Positions 21,158-34,097 of a DNA stretch of 64,000 nucleotides are shown here, piece by piece. This DNA is from Mobula hypostoma (taxonomy: Eukaryota), in assembly GCF_963921235.1 (NCBI RefSeq), contig NC_086097.1, positions 71,922,001 through 71,986,000 of the forward strand, read 5' to 3'. The position numbers were made by a program, and so were the translations under genes. Each line of letters begins with the position of its first letter. Within the stretch, counting starts at the first letter, position 1. The notes beneath the pieces were generated by a model. It saw only the letters and a program-made list of their open reading frames with translations. It made no database searches and was not told where the DNA came from.

Positions 21158-24100
21158 AACCATAGAAACCATAGAAACTACAGCACAAAAACAGGCCCTT
21201 TGGCTCTTCTTGGCTGTGCCGAACCATTCTCTGCCTAGTCCCACTGACCTGCACACAGACCATATCCCTCCATACACCTCCCATCCATGTATCTGTCCAA
21301 TTTATTCTTAAATGTTAAAAAAGAACCCGCATTTACCACCTCATCTGGCAGCTCATTCCATACTCCCACCACTCTCTGTGTGAAGAAGCCCCCCACAATG
21401 TTCCCTTTAAACTTTTCCCCCCTCACCCTTAACCCATGTCCTCTGGTTTTTTTCTCCCCTTGCCTCAGTGGAAAAAGCCTGCTTGCATTCACTCTATCTA
21501 TACCCATCATAATTTTATATACCTCGATCAAATCTCCCCTCATTCTTCTACGCTCCAGGGAATAAAGTCCTAATCTATTTAACCTTTCTCTGTAACTGAG
21601 TTTCTCAAGTCCCGGCAGCATCCTTGTAAACCTTCTCTGCACTCTTTCAACCTTATTTATATCCTTCCTGTAATTTGGTGACCAAAACTGAACACAATAC
21701 TCCAGATTCGGCCTCACCAATGCCTTATACAACCTCATCATAACTTTCCAGCTCTTATACTCAATACTTCGATTAATAAAGGCCAATGTACCAAAAGCTC
21801 TCTTTACGACCCTATCTAACTGTGACGACACTTTTAGGGAATTTTGTATCTGTATTCCCAGATCCCTCTGTTCCACTGCACTCCTCAGTGCCTTACCATT
21901 AACCCTGTATGTTCTACGTTGGTTTGTCCTTCCAACGTGCAATACCTCACACTTGTCGGTATTAAATTCCATCTGCCATTTTTCGGCCCATTTTTCCAGC
22001 TGGTCCAAGTCCCTCTGTAGGCTCTGAAAACCTTCCTCACTGTCTACTACACCTCCAATCTTTGTATCATCAGCAAACTTGCTGATCCAATTTACCACAT
22101 TATCATCCAGATCATTGGTATAGATGACAAATAACAATGGACCCAGCACTGATCCCTGTGACACATCACTAGTCACAGGCCGACACTCAGAGAAGCAATT
22201 CTCTACCACCACTCTCTGGCTTCTTCCATCGAGCCAATGTCTAATCCAATTTACTACCTCTCCATGTATACCTAGCGACTGAATTTTCCTAACTAACCTC
22301 CCATGCGGGACCCCGTCAAAGGCCTTACTGAAGTCCATGTAGACAACATCCACTGCCTTCCCTTCATCCACTTTCCTGGTAACCTCCTCGAAAAACTCCA
22401 ATAGATTGGTCAAACATGACCTACCACGCACAAAGCCATGTTGACTCTCCCTAATAAGCCCCTGTCTATCCAAATGCTTGTAGATTCTGTCTCTTAGTAC
22501 TCCCTCCAATAACTTACCTACTACTGACGTTAAACTCACTGGCCTATAATTTCCCGGATTACTTTTCAATCCTTTTTTAAACAACGGAACAACATGAGCC
22601 AGTCTCCAATCCTCCGGCACTTCACCCGTAGACAGCAACATTTTAAATATTTCTGCCAGGGCCCCCGCAATTTCAACACTAGTCTCCTTCAAGGTCCGAG
22701 GGAACACTCTGTCAGGTCCCAGGGATTTATCCACTTTAATTTTCCTCAAGACAGCAAGCACCTCCTTCTTTTCAATCTGTACAGTTTCCATGGTCTCACT
22801 ACTTGATTCCCTCAATTCCATAGATTTCATGCCAGCTTCCTTAGTAAATACAGACGCAAAAAACCTATTTAAGATCTCCCCCATTTCCTTTGGTTCCGCA
22901 CAAAGTCAACCACTCTGATCTTCAAGAGGACCAATTTTATCCCTTACAATCCTTTGGCTCTTAATATACTTGTAAAAGCTCTTTGGATTATCCTTCACTT
23001 TGACTGCCAAGGCAACCTCATGTCTTCTTTTAGCCCTCCTGATTTCTTTCTTAAGTATTTTCTTGCACTTCTTATACTCCTCAAGCACCTGATTTACCCC
23101 CTGTTTCCTATACATTTCATACAACTCCCTCTTCTTCTTTATCAGAGTTGCAATATCCCTTGAGAACCAAGATTCCTTATTCCTATTCAATTTGCCTTTA
23201 ATCCTGACAGGAACATACAAACTGCACTCTCAAAATTTCCCCTTTGAAGGCTTCCCACCTACCAATCACATCTTTGCCAGAGAACAACCTGTCCCAATCC
23301 ACGCTTTTTAGATCCTTTCTCATTTCTTCAAATTTGGCCTTCTTCCAGTTGAGAACCTCAACCCTAGGACCAGATCTATCCTTGTCCATGATCAAATTGA
23401 AACTAATGGTGTTATGATCACTGGAACCAAAGTGCTCCCCTACACAGACTTCTGTCACTTGCCCTAATTCGTTTCCTAACAGGAGATCCAATATTGCATC
23501 CCCTCTAGTTGGTCCCTCTATATATTGATTTAGAAAACTTTCCTGAACACATTTTACAAACTCTAAACCATCTAGACCCCTAACAGTATGGGAGTCCCAA
23601 TCAATGTATGGAAAATTAAAATCCCCTACCACCACAACTTTATGTTTCCTGCAGTTGCCTGCTATCTCTCTGCAGATTTGCTCTTCCAAGTCTCGTTGAC
23701 TATTGGGTGGTCTGTAATACAATCCCACTAATGTGGCCATACCTTTCCTGTTTCTCAGCTCCACCCATAAGGACTCAGTAGACAAGCCCTCTAATCTGTC
23801 CTGCCTGAGCACTGCTGTAATATTTTCCCTAACAAGCAATGCTACTCCCCCACCTTTCATTCCTCTGCCCCGATCACATCTGAAACATCGGAACCCTGGA
23901 ATATTAAGCTGCCAGTCCTGCCCCTCCTGTAGCCAAGTTTCACTAATTGCTACAACATCATAATTCCACGTGTCAATCCACGCCCTCAACTCATCCGCCT
24001 TCCTCGCAATACTCCTAGCATTGAAATATATACACCTCAGAACCTTTCTATCAGCGGATTTGCTTAAACTTTCAACATCATTTATTTTCACCCCAGCCAC

Positions 24101-24215
24101 ACTGTCAGCTCTGGCACTCTGGTTCCCATCCCCCTGCAAATCTAGTTTAAAGCTTCCCCAATAGCACTAACAAACCTCCCTGAAAGGATATTGGTCCCCC
24201 TGTGGTTCAAGTGTA
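21158..24215 (-). mobile_element. Young 5'-truncated CR1 LINE with a near-complete ORF2
   Basis: (TTTCTATGG)n tail; ORFs 23198-24139 (APE), 22906-23220 (linker) and 21235-22884 (RT). Confidence 0.95.
21235..24139 (-). pseudogene. CR1 ORF2 (apurinic-like endonuclease and reverse transcriptase) with one frameshift and one nonsense codon
   Basis: YFNARSI, ISETWL, GDFN, LDL and SSDH (APE); YRPVSLTS, QHGF, DFSKAFD, QGSVLGP and FADDTK (RT); frameshift near 23220 and in-frame TGA at 22906-22908. Confidence 0.93.
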
Positions 24216-26436
24216 ACCCACTTCTACCACCATCGCTCCCACCACTCTCTGTGCGAAAAACTTACCCCTGACATCACCTCTGTACCTGCTTCCAAGCACC
24301 TTAAAACTATGTCCCCTTGTGTTAGCCATTTCAGCCCTGGGAAAAAGACTCTGGCAATGCCCCTCATCATCTTATACGTTTCTATCAGGTCACATCTCAT
24401 CCTTCGTCACTTTAACGAGAAAAGGCCAAGTTCATTCAACCAATTTTCATAAGGCACGCTCTCCAATTCAGGCAAAATCCTTGTCAGTCTCCTTCGCACT
24501 CTTTCTATAGTATCCACATCCTTCCTGTGGTGAGGTAACCAGAACTGAACACACAGATTGCAGAAGAGTCATTTGAGAACTGCTTCTTCTGTGGAAAATA
24601 TCTATCCTGTACCTTGTGAATTATTCCCAGAAACTTCAGCCATTTCTGTTCTGCCGTCATCTCCACCAGTATCCCCCTCCAGTCCACCTGGGCAAGCTCC
24701 TCTCTCATGCATCTGTAATTCCTTTTATTCAATTGTGATACTGATACATGTGACTTATGCTTCTCCCTCTCAAATTGCAGTATGAATTCATATGATGGTT
24801 ACTGTCTCCTAAGGGTTCCTTGACGTTAAACTCATTAATACAAACTGGGTTATTACACAACACCCAATCTAAGATAACCTTTCCCCTGGTAAGCTCAAGC
24901 ACAAGCTGCTCTAAAAAAACCACCTTGTAGGCATTCAACAAATTCCCTCTTTGCGATTCAAAACCAACCTGATTCTTCCAATCCCCTTGCATATTGAAGT
25001 CCCCCATTACAACTGTGGCATTACCCTTATTACATGCCTATTCCAGCTCCCTTTCCAATCTCAACCCACATCTTGGCTACTATTTGGATGCCTATATATG
25101 ATTCCCATAATGGTTCTTTTACCCTTAAAGTTTCTTCACTCCACCCACAAAGATTCAACATTCTCTGCCCCTAAGTCACCTCTTTCTAAAGATGTAATTC
25201 CATCTCTTACCAACAGAGCCACACCACCACCTATGCTTTCCTGCCTGTCCTTTCGATATGAAATATATATCCTTTGATGTTAAGCTTCTTTCAGCCACAA
25301 CTCAGTGATACCCACAGCGTCACACCGACCAATCTCTAATTGCGCCACGAGTTTGTCCCCCTTATTCTGAATGCTATACGCATTTCAATACAGCACCTTC
25401 AGTCTTGCATTCTTTGCCCTTTTGAATCTTGCCTCTGTGGTACAATTTAACTCTGCTCGGTCTGTATTTGTAGCCAATCATTGGCTTGTCCTTCCTTACA
25501 TTCACGTTACACCCATCATCTACTTGTAAACCTGCTGGTTCATCCTCAGCTCCATCATTCTGGTTCCCACCCACCTTCCATATTATTCTAAACCACTGTC
25601 TATTGTCACAGGTTATTCTTTTTCTTTTACAGAGATGATCAAATTCAAATTCTGAATGCCTGGCTGAAGTACCAAAGAGCAAGAAAATCTCCAGTAGTCT
25701 CCAATTCCAACAAAAATACAGTTTACCCCAATTACTTACACCTCAGTTGCTGCTTTCAAAGACTAATATTATCACATATGCTGGTTCTCTAGGTGGAATT
25801 AGTTTAGGGAGAACAGGTTAACCATTTTAATTTGATATTACCCTACTTTTTAAAGGTAAACCAACTGATAGGCAGGGAAATTATTTTGTTACAATGTTGT
25901 TGACAGCTTGGAGAAGTTGTTTTTATATCTACCACCCTCAAAAAATGCAGTGAATTACCTGGAAAAACAATCTGTTGCTTCATTATATTGCCTTCTTCTA
26001 AGTTGAACAGCAGTTATTGAATGTTGTGGGATAATAATGTTAAAAATCAGATGAAAAGATGACGAGGATATATATTATCTGTAGTGTTGACCTTGAGTTC
26101 ACAGAATGGTATCTGATCAGTAAAGAAGTTGTTCAACCTGTACCACAAAGAGCAATCAACTTGACTGACTACCCAGCACGATTCACATCATCTTTTATTT
26201 GTTGCTTCCCCTCAAATACTTATTCCATTCCCTTTGGAGTGTTCCTGTTGGATTAGTGCCTATCTTCCTCATGCAGCACATTCCAGATTCTAGGTTCTTT
26301 TAGCATAAAATTTTACTTACATCACTCGTAGCTATTTTGCCAATTCCAGAATCTAATACCATCTTGTTATCAATGTTATGATGTTGAAAACTGCTTATCT
26401 TTATTTACTCTATCCAAATCCGGTGCAATTTTTAAA

Positions 26437-27510
26437 CAACGCACACGAAATGCTGGAGAAACTCAGAAGGCCAGGCAGCATCTCTGGAAAAGAGTACAGT
26501 CAATGATTCAGGTCAAGACCCTTCAGCAGGACCAGAGAAAAAAAAGCTGAGGAGTAGGTTTAAAAGGGAGGGGGGGAGGGGAGGAAGAATCAAAAGGTGA
26601 GGTGATAGGTGAAACTGGGGTGTGGTGGGGGGGGTAAGGTGAGGTAATGAGCTGAAAAGTTGATTGCTGAAAGAGCTACAGGGCTGGAGAAGGGGAATCT
26701 GATAGGAGAGAACAGAAGGCCATGGAAGAAGGAAAAGGGGGAGGTGATAGGCAAGTTAGGAGATAAGGTGAGAGAGGGAAAGGGAAATGAAAATGGAGAA
26801 TGGTGAAGGTGAGCGTGGGCATTACCAGAAGTTTGAGAAATCTATGTTCATGCCATCAGGTCGGAGGCTACCCAGATGGAATATAAGGTGTTGCTCCTCC
26901 AACCTGAGTGTGGCCTGATTGCGACAGTAGAGGAGGTCATCGATGGACATGCCGGAATGGGAATGAGAAGAGGAATTAAAATAGGTGGCCACTGGGAAAT
27001 CTCACTTTTTCTAGTGGATGGAGCGAAGCTTTCTCCCAATCTGCATCGAGTCTCACTGATATACAGGAGGTTACACCGGGAGCACCAAGCACAGTAGATG
27101 ACTCCAACAGACTCACAGGCAAAGTATCACCTCAACTGGAAGGACTGTTTGGGGCCCTGAATGGTAGTGAGGGAGAAGGTGTTGGGGAAAATGTAGCATT
27201 TTGCTCCGCTTGCAAGGATGTGCCAGGAGGGAGGTCAGTGGGAAGGGACAGGTGAATAAGGGAATTGCATAGGGAGCGATTCCTGTGGAAAGCAGAAAAT
27301 GAGGGGGAGAGAAAGGTGTGCTTGGTGGTAGGATCCTGCTGGAGATGGCAAAAGTTAAGAAGAATTATGTGCTGGATGCGAAGGCCGGTGGGGTAGTAGG
27401 TGAGGACAAGAGGAACCCTATCCCTGGTGGGGTGTCAGGAGGATGGGGTGAGGGCAGACATGCGTGAAATGGAAAAGATGCAGTTGAGGGCAGCACTGAT
27501 GGTGGAGAAA
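26437..27510 (-). mobile_element. Degraded Penelope-like element (RT C-terminus, GIY-YIG and 3' repeat)
   Basis: Co-linear with 51913-53074 along its length. Confidence 0.9.
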
Positions 27511-27894
27511 GGGTTTTTAAACATCTCTGTTAAATCTCCTCTAAGCATTAGAGCTTCTTCAGACCATCCATGTAATTCTAATGGCTTATCTCCTGAACAA
27601 TTCAAACAACTTTATTCTGTCCTCGCTTTCCTGTTCACCCTATGTTGATGTGCCCAGAATTACATACATTGAGACTGAAGTGTTACTTCTTGCAAGAACC
27701 TAGATTTTAGACTTTGCCTCTGCTTTGAAAGCCCAAGATCCAAAATGCTTTATTGACCATCTTGTTGTCTTCAAAGGTGATAAGAAATAAATGCAAGAGT
27801 AGTCTCAAGGATCTTAAGTTTAGTCCAGGATTCAATAAAATTCTGGCTGATTCTTAACCTCAAGGCCATGTTCCTGTCTAATCTCTTGAAATAA

Positions 27895-28840
27895 AAACAA
27901 ACAATATTGGAAATACTCATCAGATTAGACAACAGCTGTGGAGTAACAGAGTTAACATTTCAGTCAATGGCCTTTCATCTGGACTTGGAAAAGTTAGAAA
28001 TCAATTATATTTTGAAGTGCAGAGAAGTGGAAGGGTTGTAGCGAATATCCAGAGGGAGGTTATGAGAATATGTTTGAAAACTGGATCTCATCACACTGAG
28101 GCAGAGATGTGTTTGCCCAACAAAAATTGCACTGCATTTATCACCACATTTTATGACTCTGTCAGTTTTGGGCTTTCATGCTGAAAGTCCAGTTTAGTGA
28201 AAGTTTGAATTGGTCTCAATAACCTCTCTGTGACTGGTCTCTTACCCTGCTTCAATGAAGTCCAGCCTTAGCTCAAGGAACAGCACCTTATGTACACTAC
28301 AGCCCTCAGGACTCAATATTAAATGCAACAATTTCAGTGAAACAGCCTTTCTAATTCATGCTAGAAATGCCCAGTTCCAAGAAAGGTCACCAGCTTGTCA
28401 CATTAACTGTTCCCTGTCTTCACAAATGATGTCACAGAATATTTTCAGCATTATCAAATATATTTCAGCTCTCCAGCAAGTGCAGAATTTATAGCTCACA
28501 CTTTGTCGCATTCTTCTGTCGTTATTCACTTCCTTCCTTTTAATTCTCTCCCAGAGGGATCAACTGCAGTTAACTAACATTTACCACCCTCTCAGCTGGC
28601 ACTACCACTGTTATGTCATTCAGTTTCTCTTTATCTCCACCCTATCCCTGACATTTCTTTGGTTCTTTCCACCACTCCTCTTTATCTCTTTTAAAAAGCA
28701 TGTTTAATTTAGTTACTGACTAATGTTTAATTTCTAACTCTTCATTGTTCTGATGAAAAGTCATGGACTATTTCTGTTTCATTACACACAGATGCTGCCT
28801 CACCTGCTGAGTATTTCCAACATTCTCCGCTTTTATTTTT
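27895..28840. mobile_element. Cluster of old Penelope-like 3' fragments in both orientations
   Basis: 'cagagttaacatttcagtc...ctttcatc' (minus, about 27950), 'acactacagccctcaggactcaatat' (about 28295) and 'ctgatgaaaagtca...agatgctgcct.acctgctgagtatttcca' (about 28750-28830). Confidence 0.55.
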
Positions 28841-29354
28841 GTTGTCTTATGAAAGAGGAGGGTGCAAAGAAAGAAGATGTCGTATTGGAGTCATTTAGAA
28901 TGACTCCAGACTGAAAAAGTTTGCTCCCAATCTGTGCTTTTCCACTGAACAAGGCTTATATAAACCAAGATAACCTTTCTCTATATCAGAGGTTGTTAAG
29001 GAAGTAGGCCAGCTATTTCCCGAGGGATCCAATCTCCCCTCTCACCACCACACTGACATGTTTTCTTATTGTCATCGGATCCAGCCTCATTGTGAAACTT
29101 CTGCAGATATTTAACTCTCCTTCACTGTGAGAGGCTCTCCATGAGCACTTCTGGTGAACTGTGCAATTTACATCCTGCCAAATGGGGCAAAAGGAAGAAA
29201 AAGAGAAAAACTGCATAAATGGAAGACTGATGAAGAGAGCTATGAATGAAACAGCATGCCCATGTCCTGGTGTCATTCACCTATTCAAGTCACGAATGTG
29301 AATGTCTTCCATTCTATAAATGTCTCCTGTTGGCTTACTGCCTCCTACTGGGGA

Positions 29355-29600
29355 GCAGGTCATCCTCTCCTCTTGCTACTTCCATCAGGAAGAAGGTATC
29401 AGAACCTTAGGTCACACAACCACATTCAGGAGCAGTTTTTATCCATCAGCCATCAGGCTGTTGAACCAATGGGGATAACTTCACTTAACCCATTACTGAA
29501 TTGTTCCCACAACCAATGGATTCACTTTCAAGGACTCCTCATCTCATCTTCTTAATATTTATTGGTTACTTATTATTATTATTATTATTATTATTTATAT
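29355..29600 (+). mobile_element. Rex1/Babar-like 3' fragment ending in a (TTA)n run
   Basis: HPL..LLPSGRRY.NL motif and a (tta)n run at about 29570-29595. Confidence 0.65.
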
Positions 29601-29604
29601 TTCT

Positions 29605-30240
29605 GAGAAAGGACTAGAATACAAAAGCAAGGATATAACGCTGAGGCTTTATAAGGCATTGGTCAAACTGCACTTTGAATACTGTGAGCAGTTTTGAGGC
29701 CCTTATCTGAGGAAAAAAATGTGCTAACATTGGAGATAGTCCAGAGAAGGCTTGTGAGAATGATCCTAGGAATTAAAGGGTTAACATATAAGGAGTGTTT
29801 GGTGGTTCTGGGCCCGTATTCACTGGAGTTTAGAAGAATGAGGAGTATTCTCATTAAAGCCTATCAGATATTGAAAGGCCTTGATAGAATGGATGAGAAG
29901 AGGATGTTTCTTATAGTGAGGGAGTCTAGGACCATAGGGTACAGCCTCAGAATAGAAGGATGTTCATTTAAAATAGAGGTGAGGAGGTATTTCTTTAGCC
30001 AGAAGGTAATGAATCTGTGGAATTCATTTCCACAGTCGGCTGTGCAGGCCAAGCCTTTGGGTATGTACAAGGCAGAGATTGATTGGCTCTTGATTAATCA
30101 GGGTGTCAAAGGTTATGGGGAGAAGGCAGGAGAATGGGGTTTAGAGGGATTATAAATCAGTCATGATGGAATGTTAGAGCAGACTCAATGGGCTGAATGG
30201 CCTAATTCTGCTCCCATGTCTTCTGGTCTTCTGGTCTTCA
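29605..30240 (+). mobile_element. CR1 3' fragment
   Basis: ORF 29694-30155 (VQRRLVRMI...FSQKVMNLWNS...KGYGEKAG) plus the CR1 3' UTR. Confidence 0.9.
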
Positions 30241-30489
30241 GGTGTCACAAGCCTTCCTTCAGTGTGGTGTTACACTGCATGGGAAAAGTTACACTGTCTG
30301 GATGCTCATTGATGTGCATTACAGATATCAGCCATGGACACAGAACATTGCAGCACAGTACAGCTCCTTCAATCCATCACGTGCTGACCTTTTAACCAAT
30401 CTAACCCTTCCCTCTCATATAGCCCTCCATTTTTCTAACATTCAAGTGCATCCACCTTTTGCCTTACTTACCACTGACTCAACTGCGAG

Positions 30490-32285
30490 TTAGCCATTAG
30501 GGAATCCTGCACAAGGGCTCCCAAAGCCAGTTGTACTTCTGATTTTTGAATTTTCTCTCTATGTAGAAAATAGTCTATCCTTTTATTTCTTCTACCAAAG
30601 TGCATGACCATACACTTCGCAACACTGTATTCTGTATGCTACTTCTTTGCTCATTCTCCTAATCCGTCAAAGTGCTTCTGCAGCATCCCTGATTCCTGAA
30701 CACTACCCGACCGTCCACCTGTCTGAAATGCTCACAATACTCCAAGTAAGGTCTTACCAATGTCTTGTAAATCCTCAACATTACATCCTTGCTTTCATAT
30801 TCTAGTCAAATGCTCACATTTTATTTGCCTTTCTCACAATCGACTCAACCTGCAAAATAACCTTTAGGGAATCCTGCACAAGGACTCCCAAGTCCCTTTG
30901 CACCTTCGATTTTTGAAATTTCTCACAATTTTAAATATAGTCCACACTTTCATTTCTTCTACCAAAGTGCGTGTTCATACACTTCCTAACACTGTATTCC
31001 ATCGGCCTCTTCTTTGTGCATTTTTTTAATCGGTCAAAGTCCTTCTGCATCCTCCCTGCTTCTACAACACCACATGACCCTCCACCAATCTTTGTATCAT
31101 CCACAAACTTGTCCACAAAGCCATCAATTCTGTTACCCATATCATGGACATCTGATGTAAAAAGAAGTGGTAGCAACACAGACCCCCGTGGAACACCACT
31201 CATCACCGGCAGCCATTCAGAAAAGGCTCCCTTTATTCCCACTCTTTGCCATCCTGCCAATCAGCCGCTGCTTTATCCATGCTGGAATACCATGGTCTCC
31301 TAACTTGTTGAGCAGCCTCATATATAGCACCTGTCAATGGCCATCTGAACATTCAATTACACAACTCCCACCTTTGTGTATCCTGCTTGTTATTTCTTCA
31401 GAGAATTGTCAGTTGAGATTTTCCCTGAAGGAAACCACTCTGACTTCGACCTATTTTATCATGTGCCTCCAAGTACCTCGAAAACGCCTCCTTAATGATC
31501 GGCTCCCACATCTGACCACTGAGGTCAGACTAACTGGCCTATAATTGCCCTTTTTTCATGCCCTTTCTATTTCTCCTTGAAATAATATGTCACATCCTGC
31601 AACTGTTTGGGGGCCTGCTTATAATTCCCAGCAGGGTCTTGTCACTGTTACAGCTTCTTAACTCTACTCACAAGGATTCTAGATCTTCTGATCTTATGCA
31701 ACCTCTTTCAAAGAATTTGATTTGACTTCTTTACAAACAGAGCTACTCCACCCCCTTTGCCTAACTTTTTGATACAGTGTGTATCCTTGGTTGTTCTGCT
31801 CCCAACTACGATCTTTCAGTCACAACTCATTGATGGCCATATCGTATCTGCCAATATCTAACTGTGCTACAAGATCATCTGCTTTATTCCATTCCCTGCA
31901 TGCTTTCAAATATAACACCTTCAGTCCAGTATTTATCAATATTTTCAATTTTGGCCTCCTGTTACACTTCAGCTCACCCCACTGACTGTAATTTCGCCCT
32001 ATCATCTGCCTGTCCTTCCTCGCAGTCAAACGACACACTGCATTGACTTGTATAGTTTCAGCCCTATCACTCTGGTCCCATCTCCCTGGAAAATTAGTTA
32101 AAACTCTCCCCAGCAGCTCTAGCAAAGCTGCCTGTAAGAATATTGGTCCCCCTCAGGTTCAGGTGTAACCCATCCTTTTTATACAGGTTATACCTTCTCC
32201 AGGAGAGATCGCAATGATCCAGAAATCTGAACCCCTGCCCCCTGCACCAATTCTTCAGCCATGCATTCATCTGGCAAATCATGCA
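30490..32285 (-). mobile_element. Rearranged, internally deleted CR1 including the end of the ORF1 esterase
   Basis: RT pieces (GVPRGSVL, FVDDTK), the APE start, and an SGNH-esterase C-terminus WCRGQGFRFLDH...DGLHLN (32094-32282); about 30500-30720 repeats about 30865-31085. Confidence 0.85.
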
Positions 32286-33167
32286 GGATTTGTGGAGGGA
32301 GATATTTTAAATCTTTAAATCTTTTAAATCAAGATCCTTCAAATGGCTTGAGATTCCAGGTTCTGCAGTCTGTTGTGTAACAGTAAAGAGAGAAACCAAT
32401 CAACCAGAAGGAGAGTGGAGAGTTTATAGTTTTCTTATGCAGAGTTGTGGGCAGGCACGGGGCGAGAAACAAAGGACTAAATTCTGATAGATTAAGACAG
32501 ATCAGATGATAAAGAGCATTAGTACCGGCCATGAGCGAGATTTTCCGAAGAAATGCGATGACAAAGACAGCTTACCTGAAGCTGGAAATTTCATTGTTGA
32601 TTCCAGAGGATGCCAATGGCCCAAACTAAAGATAAAAGATGTTTTTATTCTAGTTTAAATTGGAATAACTGGAATGTCAAGTTGTTAACTGGATACACTG
32701 AAAGGCATTGCCGAAGAAACCCAGCAACCACACAGATCAAATGAGAACAGAGGACCTGGGAGTACTCAGCAGAGCAGGTGTCACCTCCAGGGAGAGGAAA
32801 AGTTAACATTTCCGGTCAATAGACATTTCGCTACCTTCAGCTGACAGTTTCTAGCACTTTCTGCTTTCATTTCTGATTTTAAGCATCTGCTGTTTGGTTT
32901 TGCTTTACATCATCAAAGTTGAATTGGTTTTAAAGGAATCTTCAAGGCAACAATAATAAGAGGAAAAGGTAAGTAAAATAAGCTGTAGAAAACAACAAAA
33001 ATGATCAACCTTCTTTTATTCTGTATCATTTATGATTGAAGGATTCTAAATTCTTGAGAGCCAAATAATAAGAACCACTTGGTAAATTGTCATTTATATA
33101 TTTATATGTCTGGTTCCACTCACAGCCAGAACAATGAGTATCAGAGTGTTGCTAATCAAAGCACATA

Positions 33168-34097
33168 CAGTGGTATGCAGAAATTTGGGCACCCCTTGTC
33201 AAAATTTCTGTTACTGTGAATAGCTAAGCAAGTAAAAGATGTGGCCAAAAAGTTCTATTCAAAAAGGTTCAAAGGAACATCTAAACAAGCTTGATGCATT
33301 TTGGAAATAAGTCCTGTGGACTGTTGAAGTTAAAATAGAACTTTTTGGCTGCAATGAGCAAAGGTATGTTTGGAGAAAAAAAGGTGCAGAATTTCATGAA
33401 AAGAACCCCTCTCCAACTGTTAAGCACGGGGGTGGATCGATCATGCTTTAGGCTTGTGTTGCAGCCAGTGGCACGGGGAACATTTACCGGTGGAGGGAAG
33501 AATGAATTCAATTAAATACCAGCAAATTCTGGAAGCAAACATCACACCATCTGTAAAAAAGCCGACGATGAAAAGAGAATGGCTTCTACAACAGGATAAT
33601 GACCCTAAACACAACTCAAAATCCACAATGGACTACCTCAAGAGGCACAAGCTGAAGGTTTTGCCATGGCCCTCACAGTCCCCCGACCTAAACATCATCA
33701 AGAATCTGTGGATAGACCTCAAAAGACCAGTGCATGCAAGACGGCACTAGAAACTCACAGAAAAAGAAGCCTTTTGCAAGGAAGAATGGGCAAAAATCAC
33801 CCAAACAAGAATTAAAAGACTCTTAGCTGGCTACAAAAAGCATTTACAAGCTGTGATACTTGCTAAAGGGGGTCTTACTAAGTACTGTCATGCAGGGTGC
33901 CCAAGCTTTTGCTTCGGGCTCTTTTCCTTTTTTGTTATTTTGAAACTGTAAAAGATGGAAATAAAAAAGTTTTATTGCTTAAAATATTAAAGAAAAGTGT
34001 CATCTTTAACTTTATGCCTTTTGGAAATCAATTAATCTTTTACTCACTTAGCTATTCACAGTAACAGAAATTTTGACAAAACTTTTGTATGTCACTG
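33168..34097 (+). mobile_element. Internally deleted Tc1 DNA transposon
   Basis: TA at both flanks; CAGTG...CACTG ends with an inverted repeat of about 60-70 bp; transposase C-terminal half with WTVE (D mutated), QQDNDPKH and WPSQSPDLNIIKNLW (E mutated). Confidence 0.93.

Larger units (their letters stand above)
20991..24557 (-). mobile_element. Middle CR1 3' fragment in two pieces, 20991-21157 and about 24213-24557
   Basis: (agaacat)n tail at the left; the sequence breaks at ...gaccctatt and resumes at gtaacccacttctaccacc... after the inner element. Confidence 0.75.
19205..25575 (-). mobile_element. Older degraded CR1 (APE-RT) in two pieces, 19205-20990 and about 24560-25575, split by nested CR1 insertions
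   Basis: RT fragments (VPQG, FTGDTK, YRPVSLTSVVGK) on the left, endonuclease fragments (MGDFN, LGDSNH) on the right, and a (ccataaga)-type tail at 19205-19230. Confidence 0.88.

Noticed and set aside
25633..25792. Plus-strand exon after a strong pyrimidine tract
   Set aside because: The peptide is not recognisable, there is no good donor, and it abuts a CR1 end.
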